The notes under the pieces were generated by a model, which saw nothing but the letters and a program-made list of their open reading frames with translations, ran no database searches and was not told the origin of the DNA. A DNA stretch of 64,000 nt from an uncultured Desulfarculus sp. GTDB taxonomy: Bacteria; Desulfobacterota; Desulfarculia; Desulfarculales; Desulfarculaceae. This document shows positions 20,644-30,711 of this stretch, piece by piece. Position 1 is the stretch's first letter. Every line of letters starts with the position of its first letter. Where the stretch lies: assembly GCA_963665125.2 (NCBI GenBank), contig CAXXUK010000001.1:704001-768000 (forward strand). The letters are read 5' to 3'. The translations under genes were made by a program, and so were the position numbers.

Positions 20644-21861
20644 ATGAGCGTGGAAAAAGGCAGAGTGCTGCTTGGGGTCAGCGGCGGTATCGCCGCCTAC
20701 AAGGCCGCCGAGATCGCCAGCACCTTGACGAAGCTGGGGCACCCGGTGCGGGTGGCCATGACGGCCAACGCTGAAAAATTCATCGGGGCGCTTACCTTTG
20801 CCGCGCTTACCGGTTTCCCGGTGACGCGCGACCAAGACCTCTTTGACCCGTCCCAGGAGAGCACCATAGGCCATATCGAGTTGGCGCGCTGGGCCCAGGT
20901 CGTGATCCTGGCCCCGGCCACGGCCAACATCATCGCCAAGGCCGCCTTTGGCCTGGGTGACGATTTCCTCAGCACCGTGCTTTTGGCCACCGAGGCGCCT
21001 CTGCTCATCGCTCCAGCCATGAATCCAGCCATGTTCGTTCATCCGGCCACCAGGGAAAACCTGGCCAAGCTCGAAGCCAGGGGCGCCATTGTCGTTGGCC
21101 CGGGCTGCGGCCCGACGGCCTGCGGGGAAGAGGGCAGAGGCCGCATGGCCGAGCCTGCCGAGATCGTCGAAAAAGCCCTGGACATCCTGGCGCACCAGGA
21201 TTTGGTGGGCCTCAAGGTCCTGGTTTCGGCCGGTCCCACCAGGGAGCACCTGGACCCGGTTCGCTATCTGAGCAACCCCAGCACCGGCCGCATGGGCATC
21301 GAGGTTGCCAGGGCCGCACGCAGACGCGGCGCGGAGGTGACTCTGGTCCTGGGGCCCACCCTGTTGACCCCGCCGCCGGGCGTCAGGGTCCTGCCGGTGG
21401 TCAGCGCCGAGGAAATGGCGAATGCAATCCTGGCCGAGGCGGAACACGCCCACGTGGTGATCAAGTCCGCGGCGGTCAGCGATTACCGGCCCGAGACGTG
21501 CCACCCCCAAAAGGTGAAAAAGGGCGCCCTGCCCGAGGAGGTTTGCAGCCTCAAGGGCACCATGGACATCCTGGCCGAACTGGGCCGCCGCAAAAAAGAT
21601 CATATTCTGGTCGGCTTTGCCGCCGAAACCGAGGAAGTGCTCAAACACGGCCGGGAAAAGCTGGAGCGCAAGAACCTGGACCTGCTTCTGGCCAATGACG
21701 TGTCGGCCGATGACGCCGGGTTCGCCGCCGAGACCAACCGGGCCCATCTGATATTCGCCGACGGCACCACCGAGGCGTTGCCCTTGATGCCCAAGCTGGA
21801 GATGGCCCACCGCCTGTTGGATCACGTGGCCAGGCTGGCCGGACGTCGGGAGAAGCCGTGA
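20644..21861 (+). CDS. coaBC: Phosphopantothenoylcysteine decarboxylase/phosphopantothenate--cysteine ligase
   Basis: [63 protein letters not shown]. Confidence 0.96.
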   Translation: MSVEKGRVLLGVSGGIAAYKAAEIASTLTKLGHPVRVAMTANAEKFIGALTFAALTGFPVTRDQDLFDPSQESTIGHIELARWAQVVILAPATANIIAKAAFGLGDDFLSTVLLATEAPLLIAPAMNPAMFVHPATRENLAKLEARGAIVVGPGCGPTACGEEGRGRMAEPAEIVEKALDILAHQDLVGLKVLVSAGPTREHLDPVRYLSNPSTGRMGIEVARAARRRGAEVTLVLGPTLLTPPPGVRVLPVVSAEEMANAILAEAEHAHVVIKSAAVSDYRPETCHPQKVKKGALPEEVCSLKGTMDILAELGRRKKDHILVGFAAETEEVLKHGREKLERKNLDLLLANDVSADDAGFAAETNRAHLIFADGTTEALPLMPKLEMAHRLLDHVARLAGRREKP

Positions 21862-22565
21862 GTTCGCCGTTGCGTGAACTGCTGGCCAACCTGGAGTGCC
21901 GGGGGCGTCTCGGGTTCGGCTTGGTAGACGGGGGCCACGCGGAATTGGAGGCCATTGCCGCCAAGTTCGCCCCGGCCCCGGCCGTCAAAGCCCAAATGCC
22001 CATCGATACTACGCAATACGCAAGCCTTGAAGACATCCGCTCCCACATGGGACAATGTAACAAATGCCCCTTGCACAGGGGGCGGACCAACATAGTCTTT
22101 GGCCAGGGGCCAGATAACGCCAAGGTGATGTTCATTGGCGAGGCCCCGGGAGCCCAGGAAGACAAGCAGGGCCTGCCTTTCGTGGGCCCGGCCGGTCATC
22201 TGTTGGACCGCATGCTGCAAGCGGTGGGCCTGCACAGGTCGCAAGTCTATATCACCAACATCGTTAAGTGCCGCCCGCCGGGCAACCGCGACCCCGAAGC
22301 GGCCGAAGCGGCGGCATGCCGGCCATACCTGGACGCCCAGGTAAAGGCCCTGGAGCCGGAGGTCATCTGCACCCTGGGGCGTCCGGCGGCCCAGGCCGTT
22401 TTGAACAGCACGGCGCCCATCAGCGCCATGCGCGGCAACTGGCAACAGGCCTGGGGCCTGCCGCTGTTGCCCACGTTCCACCCGGCCTATCTGCTGCGCT
22501 CGCCCCAGCACAAGGCCGCGGCCTATCAGGACCTCAAGGCGCTGGTCCGCAAGTTGAATATCTGA
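21858..22565 (+). CDS. udg: Uracil-DNA glycosylase, family 4 (Fe-S)
   Basis: [40 protein letters not shown]. Confidence 0.93.
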   Translation: MSSPLRELLANLECRGRLGFGLVDGGHAELEAIAAKFAPAPAVKAQMPIDTTQYASLEDIRSHMGQCNKCPLHRGRTNIVFGQGPDNAKVMFIGEAPGAQEDKQGLPFVGPAGHLLDRMLQAVGLHRSQVYITNIVKCRPPGNRDPEAAEAAACRPYLDAQVKALEPEVICTLGRPAAQAVLNSTAPISAMRGNWQQAWGLPLLPTFHPAYLLRSPQHKAAAYQDLKALVRKLNI

Positions 22566-22585
22566 CCTCTATCACGGGAGGCTCC

Positions 22586-23902
22586 ATGAACGCTGTCAAG
22601 GCTGCGATACTGGTTCTGGTGGCCCTGGTGGCGGCGGGCCTGTGCGCCGTCACTCCGGCGGCGGAGCAGGGCGGACAGCCCGGTCAGGGGCCGGTGTGGG
22701 TCATCGCCCTGGCCGATACGGTCAACCCCGGCAGCGCCGACTACATCCAGCGGTCGCTGGTCAGCGCCGAGGCCGACGATGCCTCGCTGATCGTCATCAT
22801 GTTGGATACGCCGGGCGGTCTGGTGACGTCCATGCGCGAAATGGTACGGGCCATACTGGCCTGCCCGGTTCCGGTGGCCGTTTATGTGTCTCCGGCGGGG
22901 GCCAGGGCCACCAGCGCCGGGGCGTTTCTGGTGCTGGCCGGTCATGTGACGGCAATGGCCCCGGCCACACACTTGGGCGCGGCCTCGCCTGTCAGCGGCA
23001 CGGGCCAGGACATCGGCGGAACCATGGGTAAAAAGGCCGTCAGCGACCTCAGCGCCTTGGCCGCCAGCCTGGCCAAAAAACGCGGCATTGACCCCAAACT
23101 GGCCACGGAAATGGTCACCGACGCCCGCAGCTTTGACGCGGCCGAGGCCTTGAAGCTCAAGCTCGTGGATTTGACGGCAATTGACCTCAACGACCTGTTG
23201 GTCAAGCTGGAAGGCAAGACCGTGGAGACCGGCGCGGGCAAGCGGGTCATCGCCACCGTGGGCCGCAGGCTGCATTTTTCCGGGCCCACCTGGCGCGACC
23301 ACCTGCTCAGCCTGCTGGCCAGCCCCAACCTGGCCTATATCCTGATGATGATCGGCCTGGCCGGACTGTATTTCGAACTGAGCCATCCCGGAGCAATCCT
23401 GCCCGGAGTGGTGGGCGCGGCAAGCCTGATCCTGGCCTTTTTCGCCATGAGCACCCTGCCTGTTTCCTATGCCGGGCTGGCCCTGATTCTGTTGGCCCTG
23501 GTCTTGTTCATCGCCGAGATAAAGGTCGTCAGCTATGGCATGCTGTCGGTGGGCGGCATCATCTGCCTTGTGTTGGGCTCGGTAATGCTATTTGACAACG
23601 ACGAGCAGCTCGTGCGTATTTCCATATCGGTAATGGCCCCGGTGCTCACGGCCGTGGCGGCGTTTTTCGTATGTCTGGCCTATCTGGCCGGCAAGGCCCA
23701 GCTTAAAAAGAGCGTCACCGGCAGCGAGGGCCTGGTTGGCCTCTACGGCGAGGTGACGGGCAACGGCTGGGTGCGGGTCCATGGGGAGTTGTGGAAGGCC
23801 CCGGGGACTGAAGGCTATGAGCAGGGAACCAGGATCGTGGTCCGGGGCATGGAAGGCATGGAACTGGACGTGGAACCGGCCGCAAGGCAAAAGGATGATT
23901 AG
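22586..23902 (+). CDS. nfeD: NfeD family membrane-bound serine protease
   Basis: LDTPGG, SAGAF, GAASPV, TM block ELSHPG, C-terminal OB domain (G.EGLVG..VHGELWKA); ATG after GGGAGG. Confidence 0.9.
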   Translation: MNAVKAAILVLVALVAAGLCAVTPAAEQGGQPGQGPVWVIALADTVNPGSADYIQRSLVSAEADDASLIVIMLDTPGGLVTSMREMVRAILACPVPVAVYVSPAGARATSAGAFLVLAGHVTAMAPATHLGAASPVSGTGQDIGGTMGKKAVSDLSALAASLAKKRGIDPKLATEMVTDARSFDAAEALKLKLVDLTAIDLNDLLVKLEGKTVETGAGKRVIATVGRRLHFSGPTWRDHLLSLLASPNLAYILMMIGLAGLYFELSHPGAILPGVVGAASLILAFFAMSTLPVSYAGLALILLALVLFIAEIKVVSYGMLSVGGIICLVLGSVMLFDNDEQLVRISISVMAPVLTAVAAFFVCLAYLAGKAQLKKSVTGSEGLVGLYGEVTGNGWVRVHGELWKAPGTEGYEQGTRIVVRGMEGMELDVEPAARQKDD

Positions 23903-23945
23903 TCCATGAGACGATTGACGGCGCAATGGCCGTAATTACGGGGAG

Positions 23946-24758
23946 GTGGTGATGGGCGGCTTTTTTTCTTCTTTATTCGGATATTTCGAAGCGTTTGTCG
24001 GCGGTATCCTGCCGCTGACCGTTTTGGTGATTCTGTTCCTTTTCGCGGCGCTGAAGGTGCTGCGCGAATACGAGCGCGGCGTAGTCTTCCGCCTGGGGCG
24101 GGTCATCGCGGCCAAGGGCCCTGGTTTGATCATCCTGATCCCCTTGATCGACCGCATGGTAAAGATCAGCCTGCGCACCGTGGCCATGGACGTGGCGCCC
24201 CAGGACGTTATCACCAAGGACAACGTATCGGTAAAGGTCAACGCGGTGGTCTACTTTCGGGTCATGGACCCGGTAAAGTCCGTGGTGCAGGTGGAAGATT
24301 ATCTTTTCGCCACCGGCCAGTTGGCCCAGACCACGCTCAGGAGCGTTTGCGGCCAGATGGAACTTGACGAACTGCTTTCCGAGAGGGACAAGATCAACGG
24401 TGAGTTGCAGCAGATTCTAGATCAGCAGACGGACGCCTGGGGCATCAAGGTGAGCATCGTCGAGCTCAAGCACATCGACCTGCCTTCGGAGATGCAGCGG
24501 GCCATGGCCCGTCAGGCCGAGGCCGAGCGCGAGCGGCGGGCCAAGATTATCAACGCCGAGGGCGAGTATCAGGCCGCCGAGCGCCTGGCTGATGCCGCCG
24601 CCATCATCGCCGAGCACCCCCAGGCACTGCAACTGCGTTATCTGCAAACCCTGCGGGAAGTGGCGTCGGAAAACAACTCCACCACGCTGTTCCCCATACC
24701 GCTTGATTTATTCAAACCGTTCATGAAAATGGTTGATAAATCGGCCGACAACCAGTAA
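23946..24758 (+). CDS. Slipin/stomatin (SPFH) protein
   Basis: [54 protein letters not shown]; adjacent to nfeD. Confidence 0.94.
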   Translation: MVMGGFFSSLFGYFEAFVGGILPLTVLVILFLFAALKVLREYERGVVFRLGRVIAAKGPGLIILIPLIDRMVKISLRTVAMDVAPQDVITKDNVSVKVNAVVYFRVMDPVKSVVQVEDYLFATGQLAQTTLRSVCGQMELDELLSERDKINGELQQILDQQTDAWGIKVSIVELKHIDLPSEMQRAMARQAEAERERRAKIINAEGEYQAAERLADAAAIIAEHPQALQLRYLQTLREVASENNSTTLFPIPLDLFKPFMKMVDKSADNQ

Positions 24759-24826
24759 ACTCCCGCTTTTGAGAAACCAGTCGGCCTCTAGCGGGCTGTT
24801 AACATTTTTGGAGGAAGATTCTAGCC

Positions 24827-25273
24827 ATGGCGGAAGATCAGGTCAAAGACCAGGCCCAAGAGGAAACCCCGGCGGCCGAAGAGACCACCGAAACTGCGGA
24901 AGCCACCGAGGCTCCTGAGGCCAAGCCCAAAGACGCCCAGGAACAAGAGGAAGAACTCTTTGGTAAACCGCTGGACAAGATGACGGTTAAGGAACTCCGC
25001 GAATTGGCCCTGACCTTGAAGGGCATCGTGGGCGTCCACAGCATGAAAAAAGACGAACTCATTGAGGCCATCAGGGACGTCAAGGGTATCGTTGTCAGCG
25101 AGGGTGAAAAGAAAAACGCCCGTGCCATTCGCCGCATCAAACAGGAAATCCGCGAGTTGCGCCAAAAGCGCGACCAGGCTTTGGAAGCCGGCGAAAAGGC
25201 CAAGGTCGGCCAGCTTCGCAAACGCATCAGCCGTTTGAAGAAGCAAACCCGCCGTTTGGCCGCCGCCAGCTAG
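24827..25273 (+). CDS. Rho N-terminal (Rho_N/HeH) domain protein
   Basis: LDKMTVKELRELA..GVHSMKKDELIEAI; acidic N-terminus and basic coiled-coil C-terminus. Confidence 0.75.
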   Translation: MAEDQVKDQAQEETPAAEETTETAEATEAPEAKPKDAQEQEEELFGKPLDKMTVKELRELALTLKGIVGVHSMKKDELIEAIRDVKGIVVSEGEKKNARAIRRIKQEIRELRQKRDQALEAGEKAKVGQLRKRISRLKKQTRRLAAAS

Positions 25274-25300
25274 AGTCCGCTCCGCTATATAGCCTTTTAT

Positions 25301-25336
25301 GCAGGCCTTGTCATGGTTAATGGCAAGGCCTGCTTT
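25301..25336 (+). terminator. Intrinsic terminator
   Basis: GCAGGCCTTGTCAT / ATGGCAAGGCCTGC followed by TTT. Confidence 0.7.
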
Positions 25337-25850
25337 ACGTAACCTTCCCCAAATGGCAAAATTCTCTAGTTTTCGCGTGACGGCGCGGCGTGGCTGAATG
25401 CCCGTGGTCCATCACTTGGTGGCTTTCAGCATTCATGAGGTAATCGCTAATAATTAATAGATGTTGTGGTTTGTTGGTACGCTGACGGAAGCCTTGATAA
25501 AACAAATTGCAGCACTACTTATTGGGCTAATCTCACGAAAGAAAACTTGCTGGCGATTGTCCTTGTAGATGTATTCGCAATGCTGGCTGATGTTCTTAAT
25601 ATATATTGCTGGACCAAGTTTCGTACATGCGTCATAATCTCGAAGTACAATTGTTTCCCAACTCGTGAAAGCAAGCCCAGGAATATTCTTCTTCGCTATT
25701 TTTCCATCCAAAAGGGCACTCAGGAAAACTCGCTAATCAGCGTCAAAAAAGCAATCGGGATAAGGACGCTTGTTCATACTGATATTGGGATCCAAGCTTT
25801 CTAGTGGGACCGCGCGATGAAAAATAGCTAACCTGCTGAGATGCCATAAA

Positions 25851-27200
25851 ATGAAACGGTATGGATTAGACACCTTATTGAAACGCCTGTATTTATCAAG
25901 ACGCATAGCTGACGATCCCGATGCGTTGCTTTTCGCCAAAGAAGAAATGTTGAATTGGCGGGAACGTACTTTTAGCCGGGTGTTTATCACTCTTATGGTC
26001 ATATCGGCCATTGTTTATATACCCCCATTGGTTACTGCGATAGGGGCCGGTTTATGGTGGGTTGGTGTTAATTATTTCGTATCTTTGCTTGTCTTGTTTT
26101 TATTGGTCTACCTTAAAAAACTTCCTTTTGAAATTAGAGCCGGATTTGGTGTTTTGCTTTTGATGGGTATTGGTTGGAGTACCCTTCACATGAGCGGTCT
26201 TTACGGCAGCGGTCGTCTTTGGCTCTTTCTTTGTCCCATTGTGGCTGGGATGTTCTTGGGAATGAGGGCGGGCTTGCTTGCCCTGTTTGCCGACGCGGCA
26301 ATCTTGTTTTACTACACTATTTACGGTGGACAAAAAGATCTTGTCTGGCACTCTTTGGCGTTTGATGCGAATCATGTAAAGGCCTGGTCCGTTACGGGCA
26401 GTACGTTTGTCGTATTAAGTCTGGTCGGCCTAATAACGATTGTTTCAATGCTCAAGTTTTTGGAACACAATTTCAACCTTTCGAAATCATTGCAAGACTC
26501 ATTGGAAAAAGAACAGGAACGCCTAAAGGAATCCAACCGACTGTTGAAATTCCAAAAAGCCGCGACTCAACAATACCTTGATTTGGCCGGAATCATGCTG
26601 ACCATAGACTTGAATTTAAACATTCGGATGGGCAATAAAGGATTCTGTACTTTGGTGGGTCTTTCCGAGGAACAGCTTGTTGGTATGGACCTCTTTAATA
26701 GTCTCGGTACATCGGAAAACCGTAACGAATTTCAGCGCTTTTTACTAGGGATGTATAACAGGGATCTGCCCGATTCAGAATACTTTGAGGCGGCAGTGAT
26801 CAACGCTCAAGGTGCCGAGAGGATAATCGCATGGCATTGCCGAATATTTAATAGCGGCCAAGACAGCGCGCCAAGCATACTTTTATATGGCGAAGATATT
26901 ACTTTGCGTAAACAGGCCGAGAAAGAACGCTTAAAACAGGAAAAAGTAATAAGCGCAATCGAAACCGCCGGAGCGGTTTGCCATGAAATGAACCAGCCCT
27001 TGCAGGCGCTTATGCTGAATACCGAAATTATGATCAAACGGCCGAGTACGGAATTGAACGAAAAACGACTTCGGGTTTTATTGAATGAAATAAGCCGGAT
27101 GGCCGCAATTACCAATAAATTGCAGAAGATTACCAGCTACGAAACTCGCGATTATGTGGACGGCGCCAAAATTCTGGATATAGATAAATCAACCAGCTAA
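25851..27200 (+). CDS. Membrane sensor with PAS and HisKA-like H-box but no HATPase domain
   Basis: About 6 TM helices, PAS (N..FC.LVG.SEEQLVG..EDITLRK), H-box GAVCHEMNQPL, then ends about 65 aa later without N/G1/G2 boxes. Confidence 0.8.
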   Translation: MKRYGLDTLLKRLYLSRRIADDPDALLFAKEEMLNWRERTFSRVFITLMVISAIVYIPPLVTAIGAGLWWVGVNYFVSLLVLFLLVYLKKLPFEIRAGFGVLLLMGIGWSTLHMSGLYGSGRLWLFLCPIVAGMFLGMRAGLLALFADAAILFYYTIYGGQKDLVWHSLAFDANHVKAWSVTGSTFVVLSLVGLITIVSMLKFLEHNFNLSKSLQDSLEKEQERLKESNRLLKFQKAATQQYLDLAGIMLTIDLNLNIRMGNKGFCTLVGLSEEQLVGMDLFNSLGTSENRNEFQRFLLGMYNRDLPDSEYFEAAVINAQGAERIIAWHCRIFNSGQDSAPSILLYGEDITLRKQAEKERLKQEKVISAIETAGAVCHEMNQPLQALMLNTEIMIKRPSTELNEKRLRVLLNEISRMAAITNKLQKITSYETRDYVDGAKILDIDKSTS

Positions 27201-27245
27201 ACGGATGTCGGGCGCTGCTTAATAAAAGGAATGGGTTGTTATAGC

Positions 27246-27285
27246 AACGGAGCATTATCCTTCCCAGGACAATGCTCCGTTTTTT
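27246..27285. terminator. Intrinsic terminator between convergent genes
   Basis: AACGGAGCATT / AATGCTCCGTT with a T-run on the + strand. Confidence 0.75.
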
Positions 27286-27299
27286 ATGTGGCGTTGGTA

Positions 27300-28589
27300 T
27301 TATTTAAATCGCTCGTCGATGGTCATGCCATGGATGGGCAGACCCTCGGCCTTGGCCAAGGTGGTGACGGTCTCCCTCAGGGACGCCAGGCCTTCCCTGG
27401 TTAGATACTGGAAGGTCGGCTTCTTGATGAAATCGTCGGTGCTCAGGCCGCTGAAGGCCTTGGCGCCTTGACCCGTGGGCAGGGTATGGTTGGTGCCCGA
27501 GGCATAGTCGCCAACCGGCACCGGGGCATACGGACCCATGAAGATGGAACCGGCGTGCCTGATTCGCTGTAAGGTCACGAATGGTTCGGCCGTGACGATT
27601 TGCAGGTGCTCCGGTGCGTAGTCGTTGGTGAATTCGATGGCCTGGTTCATGGTGTCGGCCACAAGCACGGCGCAGTATTCGCCGGCCTGCTCCAGGATCT
27701 CCTTGCGGGGCATATCCGGGTAGAGGGCGTTGACCTCGTCGCACACCGCCTGGGCCAGGGTGGGGTCGTCGGTCACCAGCACGGCCGCCGAATCAGGGTC
27801 GTGCTCCACCTGGGACAGAAAATCCAGGGCCAGCCAGCGGGCGTTTGCCGTGGAGTCGGCCAGCAGCAGGGCCTCGGATGGGCCGGCGGGGGAGTCGATA
27901 TCAACCATGCCGAAGACCTGCATCTTGGCGGCGGTGACGTATTTGTTGCCAGGTCCGACGATCTTGGCCACCTTGGCCACGGTGGGCGTGCCATAGGCCA
28001 TTGAACCCACGGCCCAGGGACCGCCGATCTTGTATATTTCGTGAGCTCCGGCGATATGGCAGGCCACCAGGACATAGGGGTTGGCCTTGAGGCCTTCCAT
28101 GGGCGGAGAACAGACCACGACACGCCCCACTCCGGCCACCACGGCGGGCAACACGGTCATCAGTGCCGTGGAAGGGTAGGCCGCCCTGCCGCCGGGTACA
28201 TAACAGCCCACGGCGTCCAAAGGCGTGTGTTTGCGGCCGGCGATGATCCCCGGAGCGACCTCCATCTGCCAGGCAGGGCGCTCCAACTGGGCCTTGTGAA
28301 AAATGGTGATGTTCTCGGCTGATTTTTTCAGGGCGCCAATGATTTCTTCCGGCACCTGGGCATAGGCCTGCTCGATCTCCCGGGGTGTAACCTTGAATTC
28401 ATCGGCCGTCAGATCCTCTTTCAGCTCCTTGTGCCAATCTATGCTGGCGGCGTCTCCCCTTGCCTTGATATCGGCCAAAATTCCGCGCACATGGTCATAT
28501 ACCGAAGAAATGTCTTCGTTTGATCGCTGCATCAACCGCTCAAGGCGTTCACCGCTCAGTTGGGCAAGTTTTTCTGGTTTTAAATTCAT
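27300..28589 (-). CDS. hisD: Histidinol dehydrogenase
   Basis: YVPGG.AAYPS, GPGN.YVT.AK, IDSPAGPSE, SQVEHD, APEHL, GDYASGTNHTLPT. Confidence 0.93.
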   Translation of the reverse strand: MNLKPEKLAQLSGERLERLMQRSNEDISSVYDHVRGILADIKARGDAASIDWHKELKEDLTADEFKVTPREIEQAYAQVPEEIIGALKKSAENITIFHKAQLERPAWQMEVAPGIIAGRKHTPLDAVGCYVPGGRAAYPSTALMTVLPAVVAGVGRVVVCSPPMEGLKANPYVLVACHIAGAHEIYKIGGPWAVGSMAYGTPTVAKVAKIVGPGNKYVTAAKMQVFGMVDIDSPAGPSEALLLADSTANARWLALDFLSQVEHDPDSAAVLVTDDPTLAQAVCDEVNALYPDMPRKEILEQAGEYCAVLVADTMNQAIEFTNDYAPEHLQIVTAEPFVTLQRIRHAGSIFMGPYAPVPVGDYASGTNHTLPTGQGAKAFSGLSTDDFIKKPTFQYLTREGLASLRETVTTLAKAEGLPIHGMTIDERFK

Positions 28590-28674
28590 GGTTCGTACCC
28601 TTTAACAGGAAAATTCGCACCTGAGCAGATACCATGCCCGGGGCGCCATTACAATACATGCGCTGAAAATGGAT

Positions 28675-29526
28675 TTATTTGCCCCGGTATTTAGTGATGG
28701 TAACCGAGTTGCCGTTGCCGTTGTACTGCACCTTGTCCATTATGGCGTTCATCAGGAAAATGCCCCGGCCCCTTTCCTCCAACATCGTCTCGGGACGGGT
28801 GGGATCAAACCGCTTGGAAAAGTCGAAACCGCCGCCCTGATCGCTTATCGTCGCTACCAGTAGATCAGGGTTTAGCTGCAAATGGAGGGTTATGCTTTTG
28901 GCTTCGTCCCATTCGTTTCCATGTTCCATGGCATTGGTGATGGATTCGACCAGGGCGAGTTTTAGGTTGTTGTCAAGATCATGGTCGGCATAACCAACGG
29001 CCACCGCCAGGGTGCTGACAAGATAAATCAGTTCGTTGATATAGCTAAGTTTGCTCGGTGCTTGCACGGTGGTGGTTTGGTCTATGCTGGTGAAGTCCCT
29101 TTTTAATTCGCTCGGCCGTCTGCTGAAGTTCAGGCTCTGTTCGATGACCCTGTGCAACAGGTCGATCTTTATGGGTTTGGCCAGGAAATTCTCCGCGCCG
29201 TTTTTAAGAGCGCGGACCACGGTTTCCGTATCGCCGTAACCGCTGATAATCACCACCGGCACCTTTGGGTTGATGTCTTTTATGGCCACCAAAAGTTGCA
29301 GGCCATCGAGACGCGGCATTTTTAAGTCGGTGAGGACAAGATCATAGGCACCGGCCTGGAACATCTCCAGCGCCTCCCGCCCATCGCAGGCCATATCCAC
29401 TTCCAGGCCCCGTGTTTTGAAAAAACGCTCAAGCAAGTCCCTGAGGCCTACCTCATCATCGGCGATCAGCACCTTGGCCTTTTGGCTGATACTCCGGGAA
29501 GGCTGGTTTGCGCCTTTTGGAATCAT
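28675..29526 (-). CDS. Response regulator fused to an RsbW/SpoIIAB-like anti-sigma Ser kinase domain
   Basis: REC (LIADDE..DLKMP..FLAKP) plus HATPase_c_2 (LALVESITNAMEHGN..DQGGGFD..GRGIFLM..MD). Confidence 0.88.
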   Translation of the reverse strand: MIPKGANQPSRSISQKAKVLIADDEVGLRDLLERFFKTRGLEVDMACDGREALEMFQAGAYDLVLTDLKMPRLDGLQLLVAIKDINPKVPVVIISGYGDTETVVRALKNGAENFLAKPIKIDLLHRVIEQSLNFSRRPSELKRDFTSIDQTTTVQAPSKLSYINELIYLVSTLAVAVGYADHDLDNNLKLALVESITNAMEHGNEWDEAKSITLHLQLNPDLLVATISDQGGGFDFSKRFDPTRPETMLEERGRGIFLMNAIMDKVQYNGNGNSVTITKYRGK

Positions 29527-30710
29527 GGCAAAAAATCCATAATGATGTATGCCACATCGTCATGGAACTCACCGCCCACAAACCGGCTCAGATGATTTAA
29601 CACCACATCTCTGGTTTGCGTGGGGGGGAGCCCCTTGGTTTGATCCATCAAGGACAGCAACCGGTTCGGTCCGAATGGTTCCGCCTGTGCATTCGCAGCT
29701 TCAGTCAGCCCATCGGTATAAATGAATATTCGGTCGCCCGGTTGGACTTCGGTTTCACCGCCCGCCAGTTCCAGTACTTGCTCAAGGCCGCTAAATACAC
29801 CAAGCAGGTTTGACGGACCGCCCATAAAGGACGCCGCAGACCCTTTCTTTATTAGAACCGGGTGGGGATGACCACCCAGGGACCAGGTAAACAGGTGTTG
29901 GCTTTGATCGAAAATTCCGGCAAATGCCGTGACAAAGACATCTGCGGGGGTAAGCCTGACCAGATCTTCGTTTAGCATGCTCAGGGCTTCGCTTGCGGTG
30001 GCCTGTTTCTCAAAGTAGCTTTGCAGCAGAGCCTTGATGATTGCCGCCGTCATTGCCGAGGCGACTCCGTGACCCGAGACATCGGCCACGACAACTGCAT
30101 ATCGGCTTTCACCCAGTTTGAAAAAGTCGAAATAGTCACCGCCGACGCCGCTGCAAGGCTCAAAATGCCATGATACGTCCAGACCTTGAATATCCACCTT
30201 GCGCGGCAATAGAAAATGCTGGTACCTCGCGGCGATTTCCAATTCCCGGTTGAGGATCTGGTTTTGCATCCGCGTTTGCAGCACCAAACGGCGGTTGGCG
30301 ACGGCATTGCGAATCTTCAGGGGCAGGGTTATTTCAAGGTCGCGGCTGTTCAGGGGTTTGGTGAAATAATCCGTGCAGTTCATGCTCAGGGCTTTGGTGA
30401 TTGCGCCGAAGTCGTCCAGGGAACTGCTGACAATCACCGGTATCATCCTCGTATCAGGGGCCGCGGCGCGCCAGTCGAGAAATTGGAATCCATCCATGTC
30501 CGGCATGACCAGATCCAGGATGATCAGGTCGACTTCCGCACCCTTGTTGAGTATATCCATGGCCTTGCGCCCGTTTTCGGCGCTGAGGATATTATGGCCG
30601 TGGCGCTCCAGGCCGGTGCGAAGCATCTCACGGGTAAGCCTGGAATCATCGACGATCAGGATAGTCGCTGGTTGGTTTGTGGCTTCGGCGGATGTGGTGT
30701 TTGAACGCAT
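29523..30710 (-). CDS. Response regulator fused to a SpoIIE/RsbU PP2C phosphatase
   Basis: REC plus VGGDYFD, ADVSGHGV, GHP, YTDGLTEA, DD. Confidence 0.92.
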   Translation of the reverse strand: MRSNTTSAEATNQPATILIVDDSRLTREMLRTGLERHGHNILSAENGRKAMDILNKGAEVDLIILDLVMPDMDGFQFLDWRAAAPDTRMIPVIVSSSLDDFGAITKALSMNCTDYFTKPLNSRDLEITLPLKIRNAVANRRLVLQTRMQNQILNRELEIAARYQHFLLPRKVDIQGLDVSWHFEPCSGVGGDYFDFFKLGESRYAVVVADVSGHGVASAMTAAIIKALLQSYFEKQATASEALSMLNEDLVRLTPADVFVTAFAGIFDQSQHLFTWSLGGHPHPVLIKKGSAASFMGGPSNLLGVFSGLEQVLELAGGETEVQPGDRIFIYTDGLTEAANAQAEPFGPNRLLSLMDQTKGLPPTQTRDVVLNHLSRFVGGEFHDDVAYIIMDFLP

Positions 30711-30711
30711 T

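Noticed and set aside
22268..22585. Long N-terminal extension of nfeD; similar extensions on the nitroreductase, M23 peptidase, rpmB and purM ORFs
   Set aside because: They overlap neighbouring genes or promoter regions; downstream starts fit the RBS and family N-termini better.
25454..26011. Short ORFs in the low-GC region (25466-25804 +, 25454-25711 -, 25733-26011 -)
   Set aside because: No recognisable motifs or RBS and atypical composition; unsupported as genes.
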